This document shows, one piece after another, positions 1 through 12,584 of a stretch of 64,000 nucleotides of DNA. Both the position numbers and the translations under genes were made by a program. The DNA lies in the NCBI RefSeq assembly GCF_000981445.1, contig NC_027217.1, positions 744,001 to 808,000 on the forward strand, given 5' to 3'. Numbering within the stretch: position 1 is the stretch's first letter; each line of letters opens with the position of its first letter. The notes under the pieces are model-generated. The model was not told where the DNA came from. It searched no databases and was given only the letters and a program-made list of their open reading frames with translations. The DNA is from Babesia bigemina (taxonomy: Eukaryota).

Positions 1-539
1 TGTGTCAATAGGTAGGTCGAGTCCATCTGGTTCTGTGCATAAGACATGTGCGAGCACTGTTCCGCGGTTTCAGCGCTGTTTATGTATTTGCTGCGCTCCG
101 TATATGTGTAGGAATGCGATAGGAGCGGTTGTGAACCGATGTGTGCGTGTTTCGTGTTTATGTGTACGATGCGTTTTTCGTGTCTTCGTTGCATTCGCGG
201 CGGTGCGGCCGGTAGCGCTCTCCTCGTGCCCTTATCAGTGTTCATATACGCGTGTTCGTCGGCCATGAACGCAACTCATGCTGGTGTGTAGGCATTTGTG
301 CGACTGTGTCGCTTCTTACTGGCGCCGATTGTTGAGGACGCTCGTAGCTGCTTCTTGCGCCCAACTGTGACGTGAAATAACGTCTGTTGCCGTGCAACCT
401 CTGTGAAGATCCGGAAAAGTTATGGCAGTGCTGTGCGCTGTGTTGTCCACTGCCGCCTTTCAACTGTTGCGATAGCTGTCGTGGACGATGTGAACACCAC
501 TGGCGAAGGATGAGTAACGACGTACAAGTTTCTGGCGCT

Positions 540-3500
540 ATGACGGGGCATTCACGCAGCCTGACAGGCGCGCGCTGGCGTTACGCCTGGGTGTTGGCGT
601 TAATATGTGGCGCAGCATGCGCCTCGGCGCTCGACGCCGCGGAGTTGCCACGCCACCTGAGGGACCATTCTTACGCAAAGATGTCTGAGAACCCGTCGGA
701 TACAGAAGCGATTGGTTACAATGACGAGAGCGTTGACAGTGTCGGAGAACGTGGACGGCACCCTTTGACTGGTACGTTGATTGCGGCAGTTAGTTAATCA
801 TGTCCTTCAGTTGTGGGTATGGCTGGCGAGTTCGAGGGATTTTTGGAGCTCTATGATCAGGATGACGACACCGCCGCCGGCTTGAGTTTCATGGAGATCG
901 CAGACGGCCCTGAGGATGCGCCGGCGGGCGAGCCGGCACTGGCCCAAGCACCAGTGCAGGAACCCGCTGCTGTGCCTGCACCGGCGGAAGCCCCGCAGTC
1001 GGGAAAGCCTTCCAAGAGTCTCATCAGTTTCCGCCGCAAAACGGCTACTAGCGCTGCCCCGGCAGCCGCTCCGCCTTCTAATCCGCTGGGATTCTTAGGC
1101 TCAATCTTCAAGCCTACGGTAAGCGTTCTTCAGCGTGTTGGAGATGCATGTTTCGCAGTTCAAACCCGGTAAGAAGTACAAATTCCGCAACGTCAACATG
1201 GAGCTGGTTGACACTCACCTCGACTTGCTGGATCCCAACGGCGTCATTCAGGGCCGTTTCACGATGAGCGATGAGGACAGCCACACGCTGTCGATTCTGA
1301 CTGCTTTGAAGCAGCGGAAGTTCACCAAGTGTGACGTGAAATGGGTGCCTGCACCCAAAGGATCCAAGGATGGCATGGGTCACATCCAGTTCGACTGCAA
1401 GACCAAGGTGCCCGCCGTGGGTTACGCCGGCCAGATCCCGATTGCCGTTTACGTGACCGGCCTGAGCAAAGAGAAGCATCAGAAGATCTACATCAACACC
1501 GACGGCCTGAACTTCCGTCGCGACTTTGAGGATATTGATCAGATCCGTTACGCAATTTTGCAGGCCCTGGGCATAGACTTGGACCACCAGATCACCATCA
1601 CCGAGGTGAACGGCCACCACTACAAGGACGACGCGTCGACGTACCAAGCCATTGCGAAATTGGTGGAGTCCGGGGGCACGATCATCAAGGTGACGGTGAA
1701 GCCGATGATCCGCCTGGAGGCGAACGTGCAGGAACCGTACTCGCCCACGTCGGAGAACTTCAACCATGAGCTTGGCAACATGACCATCGACGATTACGTG
1801 AAGACGCTCAAGAACCGGAAGAAGCTGTCCCAGCTCGCTCACGACAGCCTCGGTGAGAACGCGGAGGGGTTCACCTTGGTGGGCATCAACGAGCTCCACG
1901 AGGGGTCTAAGGGGTTCAACGGCAAGAACCCCTCCAAGATGCCGATCGAGATCGATGAGAAGCTGACCTTCATGCCAGACGTGACGGTGCGTTTCAACTA
2001 CCTGGACAGCTTCGTGGCCAGCAAGAGCTTTGCCGTCCACACCCCCGCTGCCGAGGTGGTGACCCTGGGTCGTGACATAGTGCGGAAGGCGCGTGGCGGC
2101 AAGGACAAGAACGCGTACCGCGTGTACGCGTACTCTTTGCCCGGCTGCCCCATGGAGGAGCCCGACCTGTACGAGCTGATGAAGGTGCGCAAGAACCTGA
2201 CCATCGAGCAGCTGCCGTTTGGCGAGGCGTGTTCGAACCGCCGCACGCACACGATCGACTTCTTCTACCTGAACAGCAAGCCCGCGAACTACGTTTTCGA
2301 TGTCGACTTGACCAACCCCGACGGTACCCGGACGGAGACCAAGCGCATTACTGTGAAGTACATGGACGACAGCGACATGTCCGTGCTGAAGGACGCGATC
2401 GTGAGGGAGTTCGAGAAGGCCGGTTACCTGATTACGCCTGACGACCTGACCTTCGTGAACGTCGTGCGCTCCGATGGCGGCGACCTGACCGACAAGACCA
2501 GGATTTCGAGTTTGGCTGACATCCCGAAGGAGCAGATGCTGGGCCACATTTCTCACCTAACGTTGCAAGCCGACCCGCACCTTTTGGGTTACTTCACCGA
2601 GAACGACGGTAAGCGCGACACCTTCGATATCAAGCTGTCGACGACGAAGCCGTCAGCTGCCGACATCAGGAACGCGTTCGAGAATGAGCTCCACATGCGC
2701 AACTTTCTGCGTCCCGACGAGAACCTGCACACCAAGATCCGCTTCCACCCGCTGGACGACAAGCGGAAGGTGCTGCTGAACATGTTCGTCAACCCCGATG
2801 ACCAGGGCCACTTCCCCGCCGGGACTAAGCTGCGGGGCATGGCGGCTGAGGCCGACTCGCGGTACGAATTCCCCGTTCGGTTCACCAACGACGACGGCAA
2901 GGTGCACCAGTTCTCCGTGCACGTGCCGTACGGCGCCAGCCAGCAGCAGATCGAGGACCTGATTGCGAAGGAGATCGAGCGTCGCAAATACGGCGAGCGT
3001 CCGCGTGAGATGTTCATCCGCATGAAGGGCCACGCTGACGACGGGCTCGACGGCCTGTGGGACAACAAGGTGAGCGACGGCATCGAGTTCGACGTGGAGC
3101 CGGCGCGTCTGCTCGACATTGGCGGTGTCATCGACGACATCCCCACCAAGTTTTCGATGAAGATCCACCCGCACGAGGGCCGGGACGAGTTCGAGCGCGC
3201 CATCCGCCGCAACCTGATGCAGGAGCCGCAGCTGGAGGTCAAGTTCCGCAACGACCCGAACCGCATCAACGACATCTCCACGATGGTCATCAACGAGCGC
3301 GGCCACCCGTACAGCGACGAGGACTTCGCGCACGACCTGTACAACGACGTGCGTAAGGTGCGCGTCGGCATATCCGACCACCCGCTGACGCTTGTCTGGC
3401 GTGACCCGCTGAGCGGCAAGGACAGCACGTTCTGCTTCAGCCGCACGGCTGCTGGCGCGTGCCGCGGCGCGCCCGTCCACATCTTGGCGAAGCTGACGTT

Positions 3501-6500
3501 CCAGCAGCTGTCCGAGATTCTGCGCAACGCCATCCGCTCGGAGAACCGCGAGCTGTACGAGGAGATGGTTGCGCTGCCGCGCAAGGACGCGCATCTGACG
3601 TCCGCCATGAAAATGTCGGGCGTAACTCTGGTCGGCGGCCAGTACATCCCGACTCCCGACGTGGACCTGGGCGACTCCGCGGCGACTGTGGAGCACCTGT
3701 ATGGTCTGAAGCTGTCGCACATCGGCTCGTTTGTGTTTTCGCTCATGAACAAGGAGGAGCTGCAGCGTCAGCAGGGCCGGCTGAACGGGGGCCCGCGCAA
3801 CATCCGTCTGTCCATGCAGAAGCACGGCGCCGAGCCCGAGTCGCACGTCGTGATGGCCGACGACATGGGCCCGCAGGAGCTGCGCAATGTGATCAACAAG
3901 TACTTCCGCGGCGTGGACGACGGGTCTCAGCTGGAGGGCCTGACCATCAACGGGGAGGAGTACAAGGGCCAGCCCCTGTCCTATTTCCTGAACAAGGCCG
4001 GCGACAAGAACATGCCTCTGAAGCTCGACTTCAGCGTTGCGAACGACCGGAAGCGCGGCGCGGTGCCGTCCATTATGAACGTCCGCATCCAGCCGAAGTA
4101 CGACGAGACCCTGCGGAACTACTTCGACCGCGCCATGGAGGAGCCCAACGACTTCGGCCTGTCGCCCCTGCACTCGTACTCCGTCGAGTGCGTGGACGCC
4201 ACCGGCAAGCGGCTGCACGTGGACGGCATCCTCGACCGCCCGGTGAGCTCGCTGGGCATGTGCAGCGAGCTGAAGATCCACCCGAAGTCGCAGGGGCGTG
4301 CGCGCGATGGCGGCCGGCTGTACGATATGGAGCCCGAGCAGAATATGGAGGTGCACACGTCCATCACCCTGGACGAGAACAAGGACAGCACGAGCAGCTT
4401 GAACCGTCAGCTGCGTAACTTCCTGATGGAGCTGCCGGACGACGACGTGAAGCACGTGTCCATCCTCATCGACGACAAGCCCGTGAAATGCTCGCTGTCG
4501 TCGCTGCGTGAGGCGTACATGATCCGTAACCTGACTGTTGACATGCTGCTTTCGATGTGCAACATGGACTCGCGCCAGGCTAAGCCCAGCGTTTTCAAGA
4601 TAAACTGGGAAGCCCCCAACGGAGGCGAGGATTCGGCTGGCAGTGCGAAGACCCGCATATCCGTGAACGCGGAAGGCGCCCCGCTGTGTTACTTCACGCT
4701 CCACAAGGGCCAGCACGACGTGGGCGTTGGCTCCACCGTGCCGATCACGCTGGGCACCCTGAAGTCGCCCCTGAAGGAGTTCAACGCCAAGCTGTCGTCG
4801 ATGTTCGGCGATACGCTGTCGCACATCAACAACCTGCGCATGTCCGTGGTGCGCAACGGTCTGCTGTCTCCGTGCAAGTCGGAGGGGTGGATGAAGAACC
4901 TGGAGGAGTTCAAGAAGGCTACGCTGCAGTCCGTGTTCCAGATGTGTGGCATCCCCGTCGCCATCCCCGAGGACAACACGTTTTACCACTTCCGGCTCAC
5001 GATCCCGTTCGGCGAGGACATGACTTACACGTCTGGCGTGAGCATGGGTGGGAGCGTCCCGGTGGAGATGTTCTACAAGGACGACGACGAGTTTTCTGCG
5101 GTGCACTACAACGAGGACCTGCGCGTGCCGCTGTACGACTACCTGGAGAAGCAGCCGGACGTGGACCTGGGCAACCTGGACCGCTACGTTCTGAAGGTGA
5201 GGGGCGAGAACCCCGCCAACGAGACGGTGGGGCGCACGTACAAGCTGGACCACCTGCCGTCTGACATGACGCTGTCGAGCGTGTTCCCGCACACTCCGAT
5301 GAACAACATCGTGTTCGAGATCGAGGACACCGGCGACCCGTACAACTCGTCTGGCAGCTGGAGCACGGGCATGTCGTACCCCGTGAACGACTACAAGAAC
5401 AACTTCGACGCGATAAAGCAGCAGCTGATTTTGAACTTGAAGTCCATGCACGGCAACTCGCTTTCGAAGCTGAACGGGTACAACGTGATGGTGAAGATCA
5501 ACGGCCAGAAGCACGAGTGCCGCATCAAGAGCCTGGCTGACCTGGAGCGCATGGACTTCGGGGAGTTCAGCCGCAACTGCGTGAACGTGGAGCATGTGCA
5601 GAACAACCCGTCGATGAACTTCAACGTGTCGTACGAGAGCGGCCGCGGTGAGCCCGAGATAAACCTGTCGTGCATCTGCGGCGACTACGACACGATGCAG
5701 GCGTTCAACCTCAAGCCCGGCGACGTGATCCCGAAGGCGCTGATCGAGAAGCTGACCAAGAAGTACACCCCCAAGGACCTGGAGAGGGCGCAGTGGGGCA
5801 TCATGATCAACGGTGTCCAGGGCAACTGCCACGTGGACAACATTTCCGCGCCGATCTACCTGTCCGAGCTGCTGGAGAACTGTGGTGTCGACGACACCCA
5901 CTCGCGCCACTTCGACATCACGCTGCACGACTTCGCGGTCGACAAGGCGTTCGTGAACAAGGTGGCCAAGGAGAACATGACCGCGAACGGTGGCAAAGGC
6001 CAGGGAGCTGCTGGTCAGAGTGTTGTCATCAGCGGAGGCAAAGGCCAGGGAGCTGCTGGTCAAAGTGTTGTCATCAGCGGTGGCAAAGGCCAAGGAGGTG
6101 CTGGTCAAGGTGTTGTTGTCAGCGGAGGCAAAGGCCAGGGAGGTGCTGGTCAAGGTGTTGTTGTCAGCGGAGGCAAAGGCCAGGGAGGTGCTGGTCAAGG
6201 TGTTGTCATCAGCGGCGGCGTCAAAGGCCAGGGAGGAGCCGCTCGTGGTGGAACCGGCGCTGAAGGCGGCGCTGTAAACGTAACGATGCAGGGCGCCGAG
6301 TCCGAGGGTGACTTCTCGCCGCTGCTGTTCCAGGACCACACGATGCGTGCGCCGAACGAGTTCGCCAACGTGCACCCCAACGTCTTCGTGAACATGCCGC
6401 AGGATTACAATGGGCCCCAGGTGAACGTGGACGGCAGGAAGAGCATCAACGACTACGTGCGGGAGATCGTGATGGACGAGAACAACGTGCAACCGGGCGT

Positions 6501-8550
6501 GCCGATGAACATCCGCGTGAACACCAACGGCCACCAGTACAACCTGAACGACATCCCCATGGACGACCTGAATTACCCGTCCGGTTACATCAACGGCAAC
6601 ACGTCCATCAACGTGCGCCCCGACACCAGCGGCAGCCTGCCCGGCACGGTCAGGACGTTCCAGCTGCCCGAGACGGACAAGCCACTTTCGTCGTACATGA
6701 ACCTGCTGCACAAGCGCATCCCCGACATGGAGAACAAGCGTCTGATGCTGGTGGGCAACAAGACGATGCTCGACGAGGACCGCATCCCCGCGCACCTGAT
6801 GAACAAGCCGATGAGCGAGCTGCGAAAGGAGGGGTTCGTGGTGTCGCTGGTGAACGACCCGCATGACCTGCACCCGTCCGGTGCCGTGAAGGTGAACATC
6901 CTGTCCAGGGACGGCTTCAGCAGCAGCGCCACCATCAACGACCTGCAGGAGCCGCTGCGGAACGTGTTCGCGAAGATCGGGGCGTCCGACGTGGACATGA
7001 ATGCCCTGGCCGGCGCGCAGTTCAAGGTGGTGATAGACGGCATCGAGAAGACGTGCAACCTGCCCAAGCTTGACCGTCTGCTGACGTCCGTGTCCATGCA
7101 GGACATCCTGTACACCTGCGGCATCAGGGACTTCAACCACTCGCACGACTTCACGCTGTTCTTTGACAGCCTGCTGGGCGGCGAGACCGGCGACCATCGC
7201 ACGCCGTTCAAGCTCGAGGTCGACCTCGATAACAACGTGGACAGCACCAAAAACGTGGACTACTCCACCGGTGTGGAGCTGAGTGGCGGCGCGCTGGACT
7301 TCCTCAAGTCGAAGCCGAACAGCCACATCTTCTTCGACATGGAGGGCAAGGGCTTCCGTGAGTTCGTGGAGGTCGACACCGAGAAGTTCCGCCAGCTGCT
7401 GAAGGCCCACCCGAGCGTCGTCGACCTGCTTCTGCGCATGGGCATCCCGCAGGAACACCTCGGTGGCGTCGACTGTCTGAAGATCATTCTGTCGACCCTG
7501 TCGCAGGTGCTGCAGGGCCACCAGCAGTACGCGGTGAACAACGGGAAGGAGCAGAGCGGTTTCAAGCTGGACGACCCCATCAGCAAGTACCAGTCCATCG
7601 CCGACTTGGCGGCGATCCTCAAGGAGCGTCCCGAGCAGGACGCGACGGTTTCCGTGGAGCTCGCCAATGGCAACACCAAGGAGTTCGTGGTGTCCAACCG
7701 CGAGTTTTTGCACGCGTTGCACGGCGGCTTGAGCTTCAAGACCGTCGCTCTCTGGGGGCTGTCGCAGCAGGAGGCGGATCAGATAACGCGCATCCACTTC
7801 AACACCGCGCCTTTCGGAGGGGCGCCCGACCAGCTGCCCGAGGAGGCACTGACCGCCGAAGGCGGCGCCGTAAAGGAAGCCGAAAAGGCTCCGGCCCCCG
7901 CCGGCCGCGGAGGCTCGCTCAACGCGGGTGTCATAACGCCCGACACCCTGCTGCGAAGCGTGGGCGTGATTTCCAAGGCTATGAATGAGCAAGATCGCAA
8001 CGTGAAATTCGTCGTCCGCACGCAGGCTGGGGAGACGTTCGACATCGTGGTGAAGGGTTCCATGCTGAAGGACAACTCCAAGCACGGCCCTAAGATTATC
8101 GATTTGTTGTCGTACTTCCTGCCGGAGAAGACGATCTCCACCATCGCCGCCGTCTCCGTGCAGCTGGTGAAGGACACGAGCCGCTTCTTCGTGCCGCTGA
8201 AGACGCACAAGCCCGTGGTGATGCCGATAATGGCGGCTGACGTTCCCGAGGAGTGCGACATCCAGGAGTTCAAGAACTCGTGGAACCCCCCGGAGACCAC
8301 GTACAGGCGGCTGACGTTGCAGGAGGCCATCGACAACTACCGCTCGCACTTCAAGGTGAATGGCGACGCGGTGGTCAAGGCGGCCTACCTGCTGCGCAAG
8401 GAGCCCGGTAACAACATCTCCGCGGAGGTGCTGTTCGACGAGGACCACCCGGCTGACGACGGCAAGCTGAATCGCAAGATCGGTAAGGACGTTGATAGCG
8501 GCAGCACTATTTTCGTCCGCTTCAAGTCCTCGGGCGAGCTTGCCCCCTGA
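540..8550 (+). CDS. Giant secreted protein (~2,640 aa), signal peptide plus tandem beta-grasp-like repeats; exons 540-771, 811-1118, 1159-8550
   Basis: ORFs 387-797, 813-1172 and 1135-8550 join in frame through GT-AG introns 772-810 (gtacgt..ttcag) and 1119-1158 (gtaagc..cgcag). The N-terminus (RWRYAWVLALICGAACASA) is signal-peptide-like. Strong GC3 codon bias. Alternative ATG at 510. Confidence 0.85.
5989..6240 (+). repeat. Coding tandem repeat, 45 nt / 15 aa (GGKGQG[A/G]AGQ[S/G]VV[I/V]S) x5 plus a degenerate sixth start
   Basis: Directly visible; units start at 5989, 6034, 6079, 6124 and 6169. Confidence 0.95.
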
Positions 8551-8821
8551 GGCCGCGACCCTGGGCAGTGCCTGGGTCGTCCCGTCCGGTTGAGATTTCC
8601 TCTTAATTTTTCCACTGCTCACATTCGTTTCCGTACCGCCCTTTACGGTGTCCTGTGCTGGGTGTGTGGCGCTTTCAGTGGACTGCGGGCGCACATCTCC
8701 TCCTTCCGCCTGTTTGGGCGCGTTACACACCCCGCGTAGCCTATGGCCTTGGTAGACGCCGAGTCACGGCGTCAGTAACCGCGCCGAGTGGCCCCTACGC
8801 CTGTTGTCGCCGCCGAGCTGG

Positions 8822-10045
8822 ATGGGTCTGTTCGAGTACCTGTCGAGTGCCCTCTCGGTCGCCGTGGAGCTAAACTACTACGTGCTAGGCGCGGGCGCTC
8901 TGTACCTCCTCGCGAAGATCGTCGAGTTCAAGGCTATATCCAGATTCGGATCCGGCGATGAGCTCTTCGCAAAGCGCGTCAGGCCAGGGTACTCGCTGGT
9001 GCTTGACCTCGACGGCACGATTTTGCATTCCGTCCAAACGAGGGTACGTTGATGCTCTATTTGCAAGTGTGTGTTACGTGAACCGTGTTTGACGGCGCCG
9101 GCGGTCGCGGTTGTCCGTCTGGTTTGATATCAGCCAGCCCTGGCGGTAGTCGTGTCTCTCCATGCCATTTCCCAGACACCTCTGGTACCTTTGACGCTGC
9201 ACGCTCCGAGCTGTATTACAGTGGTCGCGCGCGTCTTTCCACGTGTTTTGGTGGTGCTGAGAGTTGTACTCGGTTCGTGTCTATATCGTTAATTGTTGCG
9301 CGTCGTGGCTTGTCACCCACCAACACCGTTCCCGCAGGGCAACAACACCACGTCGTCCATCGCCCTAAATGTTGGCAAACGAGTTCGCCACTTCGTGGTG
9401 TACAAGCGTCCGCATCTGGACACCTTCCTGATGGAGATGCGCAAGCGCTACGAGATCGTGCTGTACAGCGCGTCGCAACCGCTGTACGCAGACGCGTGCC
9501 TGAACTACGCGTGCGTCAACCACCTCTTCGACAGGAAGCTCTATCGCAACGACTGCATCGTGGGCCACGGCGGCGCGTTCGTGAAGGACCTCTGCAAGAT
9601 CAACAGCGACCTGTCGAAAGTGGTGGTGCTGCAGAACCCGCTGCAGTCCAACGCCCACATTTCCGCGAACAGCCTGTTCATAGACAGCTGGTCCGGCGGC
9701 CGGCACGACACTGCGCTGCTGGACATCATGCCCCTGCTGCAAGCGCTGAGCCACGTGGACGACGTGCGCCACATCTTGGCGTTGCGCCGCAGCGGTCAGC
9801 CGGAGTTTTCCCAACGCAGCGTGACACCGCAGGAGAAGCTCAGCGACTCCGCCGCCACGCCGGGCGAGCCGTTCAGCGCGGCCGGGCGCGCTGAGATCCT
9901 GGGTGAGCTGCAGAACTGGGACAACATCGGAGCTCGCCTGACAACGCGGGTCAAGCGTATCTTCGACACCATGGGCCCCGATACCACGCTGCACATGCCC
10001 GCGCCGAGGGACGGGCCGCCGCGGTTTAACAAAAATAATAAGTAG
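8822..10045 (+). CDS. NIF/FCP1-homology HAD phosphatase with N-terminal hydrophobic segment (CTDNEP1/Nem1- or SCP-like); exons 8822-9043, 9338-10045
   Basis: SLVLDLDGTILHS (DxDxT), VYKRPHLDTFL, YEIVLYSAS, FVKDL and DTALLDIMPLL motifs; phase-0 intron 9044-9337. Confidence 0.85.
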
Positions 10046-10065
10046 TGACTAAATAGCGGTTCAAG

Positions 10066-10326
10066 ATGATAACTAAGGCGGTGGTTGAGGAGCGTCTGCG
10101 CGCATTGCTGGCCCCTGTGTTCCTGAAGGTCGTGGACAACTCGGGCGGCTGCGGCGCCGCCTTTCACGCCTACATCGTGTCTCAGCAGTTTAGCGGCAAG
10201 AGGCTGCTCGAACGCCACCGACTTGTTAACGGCGCGATTGCGGAGGAGATGCCGCACATCCACGCCTTCACAATGCAGTGTCTCACCCCTGACGAATGGG
10301 AGGCCAAGGACCGCCCGGAGTCTTAA
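10066..10326 (+). CDS. BolA: BolA-like protein
   Basis: VVDNSGGCGAAFHAYIVSQQFSGKRLLERHRLVN...IHAFTMQCLTPDEW matches the BolA (BolA2-type) pattern. Confidence 0.92.
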   Translation: MITKAVVEERLRALLAPVFLKVVDNSGGCGAAFHAYIVSQQFSGKRLLERHRLVNGAIAEEMPHIHAFTMQCLTPDEWEAKDRPES

Positions 10327-11113
10327 CGCGGCGCTCCGGCATCACAGACAACACTTCACGGTTGCGCACGGCGCCTGGCAGCGCCTCTGGGCGCCGTACA
10401 CAGGCCTTCACATGTCAGCGTGCAGCTGGCCCGCGCACTGAAAAGCCGCGAAAGCCGGCGAAACTATTGTGATGAATGTGTCTCTGTTCTACATGTGTTC
10501 TTCACGTGGCGATGCTGAGCCGGCTGGACTGCAAGGTGTCGTGGTGTGTTGCGGCCATAACCGTCACCGGCGGCCTCCGTGGTCGGCGCGGAGGCGTTGT
10601 ATCGCCTAATTATAGCATCCACAACACCGATTTGAGCACACCCTCGAGAATGCTGAAAATCGGTGTGTCGGGGTAAGACAGCCACTGAGCCGCCGCCGAC
10701 TCGCTCATGGTGTGCATCCTGTGTGTGACACGCTTGACATCCTACCCGCCGCCGGAGCAGTGGTACATCGCGCTACATCTTTGTTTTAGGCAGGAATGTC
10801 ATCAGATTGAATTGCTGTGTCTGTTCAATTTAGTTTTCTCTGCCTGCCCGCCGTTTCAGGTTGGTTTGCGTGCTGCACGGTTGTGGTTTCGCGGTGACGT
10901 TTGGGTTTGCTTCTCGCTGGCGCCGCCGTGACATCTCGATTGGGGTGTTCGTCCGGTGGCCGTTGTGTTCCGGTAGTGTGCATGACCTGTGGCCTCGGTG
11001 TGTCTGATGTGTATACTTTGGCGTAGGCCTCTCCGACCGCGGAACGTATGTGCCAGTGACATTCTCGCGCCGGCACCTGCTAATTCTCGCAACTTCTTCT
11101 TTGCATTGTGGCT

Positions 11114-12193
11114 ATGGATTTCGAGGACCTGAAGATCTTCAAGAGCTGGGAGCAGGTGAAGCCTTACTTCACCAATCCCAGCCTCATCACCGTCGAGGCG
11201 CTCTTCATCTTGTTGACGCTATGCAACGTGTACGTGGTGCACACTCTGTTCGTGACCGTGCTGCCCGCGCCGGTTTTCATCACCTGGTGGCAGCTCACCC
11301 AGGGCCTGCTGTCCGCGTACATCCTGGGTGACTTCGGCCAGATGTACCCGAAGATGGCCTACTTCCCCAGCGTCAAGATTGAGCTCGGGCTCCTCAAGAC
11401 CCTCGTGCTGCCGACCATCGCTTACGTTGCGATGCTGTGCTCCACCAACATCATGCTTTGCAAGGCCCCGTCCACGGCCGCCTTCCCCATCCTCGCCTCC
11501 GGCGCTGTCGCCGCGCACCACGCCGCGCGTTTCATCGCATGCGGAGAGGAGTACATGCCCATGCGTTGGAAGGCCATTGGTTTCTTGGTGCTTGCGTTCG
11601 TCCTCGGCGCGACCGACAAGCACATTGCGCCTGGCAACATCATGACCGTCGCTTTGCTGTACGCGTTCCTGGCCGCCGTGTTCCGCGCTGGTTTCATGGA
11701 GCGTGCCCTGCACATCGTGGGCGGCCGCGGCAACGCGCTGCACAACCACCAGCACCTCATCGGCGCCATGATCCTCCCCGTCGTCTGGATCGTCAACGGC
11801 GAGCTCAAGGTGCTCATCCGCGACTTGCCGTGGGACATCACCGCTGCTAAGACGTGGCAGGTATGGGGCTGCTTCGTGGCGGTTGGCGCGCTGCCATTCG
11901 TCAAGAACGTCGTGTCGAACAGGCTGATCAGGCAGACTGGCCAGGCTCCGTGGCGCATGCTGGAGCTGATCGCCGTGGCGCTGCTGTTCATCATTGGCTC
12001 GTGCAAGCAGGCTCCGTCCTGGCAGGTGGTGCTGGCCACTATCTTCGTTATCATCGGTCGTTTCTTGGGCGCCGTGGACGTCATCAGGAACCTGCAGTAC
12101 GCAAGGGAGCCCGGCACCAGCATGGGCCACCAGGCTTCCGAGCCCTTCCTGCAGAAGGACGAGGCCGCCCTTGTACAGGAAATGGAGGCTTGA
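11114..12193 (+). CDS. GAP40: Glideosome-associated protein 40 (polytopic IMC membrane protein)
   Basis: About 9-10 hydrophobic segments. Motifs PAPVFITWWQL, RFIACGEEYMPMRW, GNALHNHQHLIG and GALPFVKNVVSNRL recalled from apicomplexan GAP40. Confidence 0.88.
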   Translation: MDFEDLKIFKSWEQVKPYFTNPSLITVEALFILLTLCNVYVVHTLFVTVLPAPVFITWWQLTQGLLSAYILGDFGQMYPKMAYFPSVKIELGLLKTLVLPTIAYVAMLCSTNIMLCKAPSTAAFPILASGAVAAHHAARFIACGEEYMPMRWKAIGFLVLAFVLGATDKHIAPGNIMTVALLYAFLAAVFRAGFMERALHIVGGRGNALHNHQHLIGAMILPVVWIVNGELKVLIRDLPWDITAAKTWQVWGCFVAVGALPFVKNVVSNRLIRQTGQAPWRMLELIAVALLFIIGSCKQAPSWQVVLATIFVIIGRFLGAVDVIRNLQYAREPGTSMGHQASEPFLQKDEAALVQEMEA

Positions 12194-12584
12194 GTGGCGC
12201 CCATTGTTAAGTGCACACTAAACTGCCGACATCGACTCCAAGCTAATGTGTAATTATTCGTTCGGGTTGAAATTCGTCGTGCGGCCACGCTCAGTTCAGT
12301 TGTTTCTGTTTGATATATCCGCCTCATAGGCCCACTATGTTGCCCAGCAGCGGCGAACGCCCTGCAACGACTGCATTTTGGTTCTGCTGCACGTCAGGGC
12401 CGGCTCCATGTCAAGCTGACAGGTGTGAGCCTCGTTGAGCCACCATCTACACAACTGCGTGTCCACTACAGCGCGGCGCATACTCGCTAAATCACGGTTA
12501 CAATGCCTTCGTAGGTACATGATTCTACGATACACTCGGCATTAGCACGTCAGTTCAGCCGCCAATGCGCAGGGCGCCGTCGCC

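Noticed and set aside
2653..8730. 2025-aa antisense ORF (and similar minus-strand ORFs at 1114-2556, 11219-12130, 57029-58597)
   Set aside because: Shadow frames of strongly GC3-biased genes. The translations are V/H/L/Q-rich with no motifs.
9044..9337. 294-nt phosphatase intron as a possible ncRNA host
   Set aside because: No C/D or H/ACA box arrangement found by eye.
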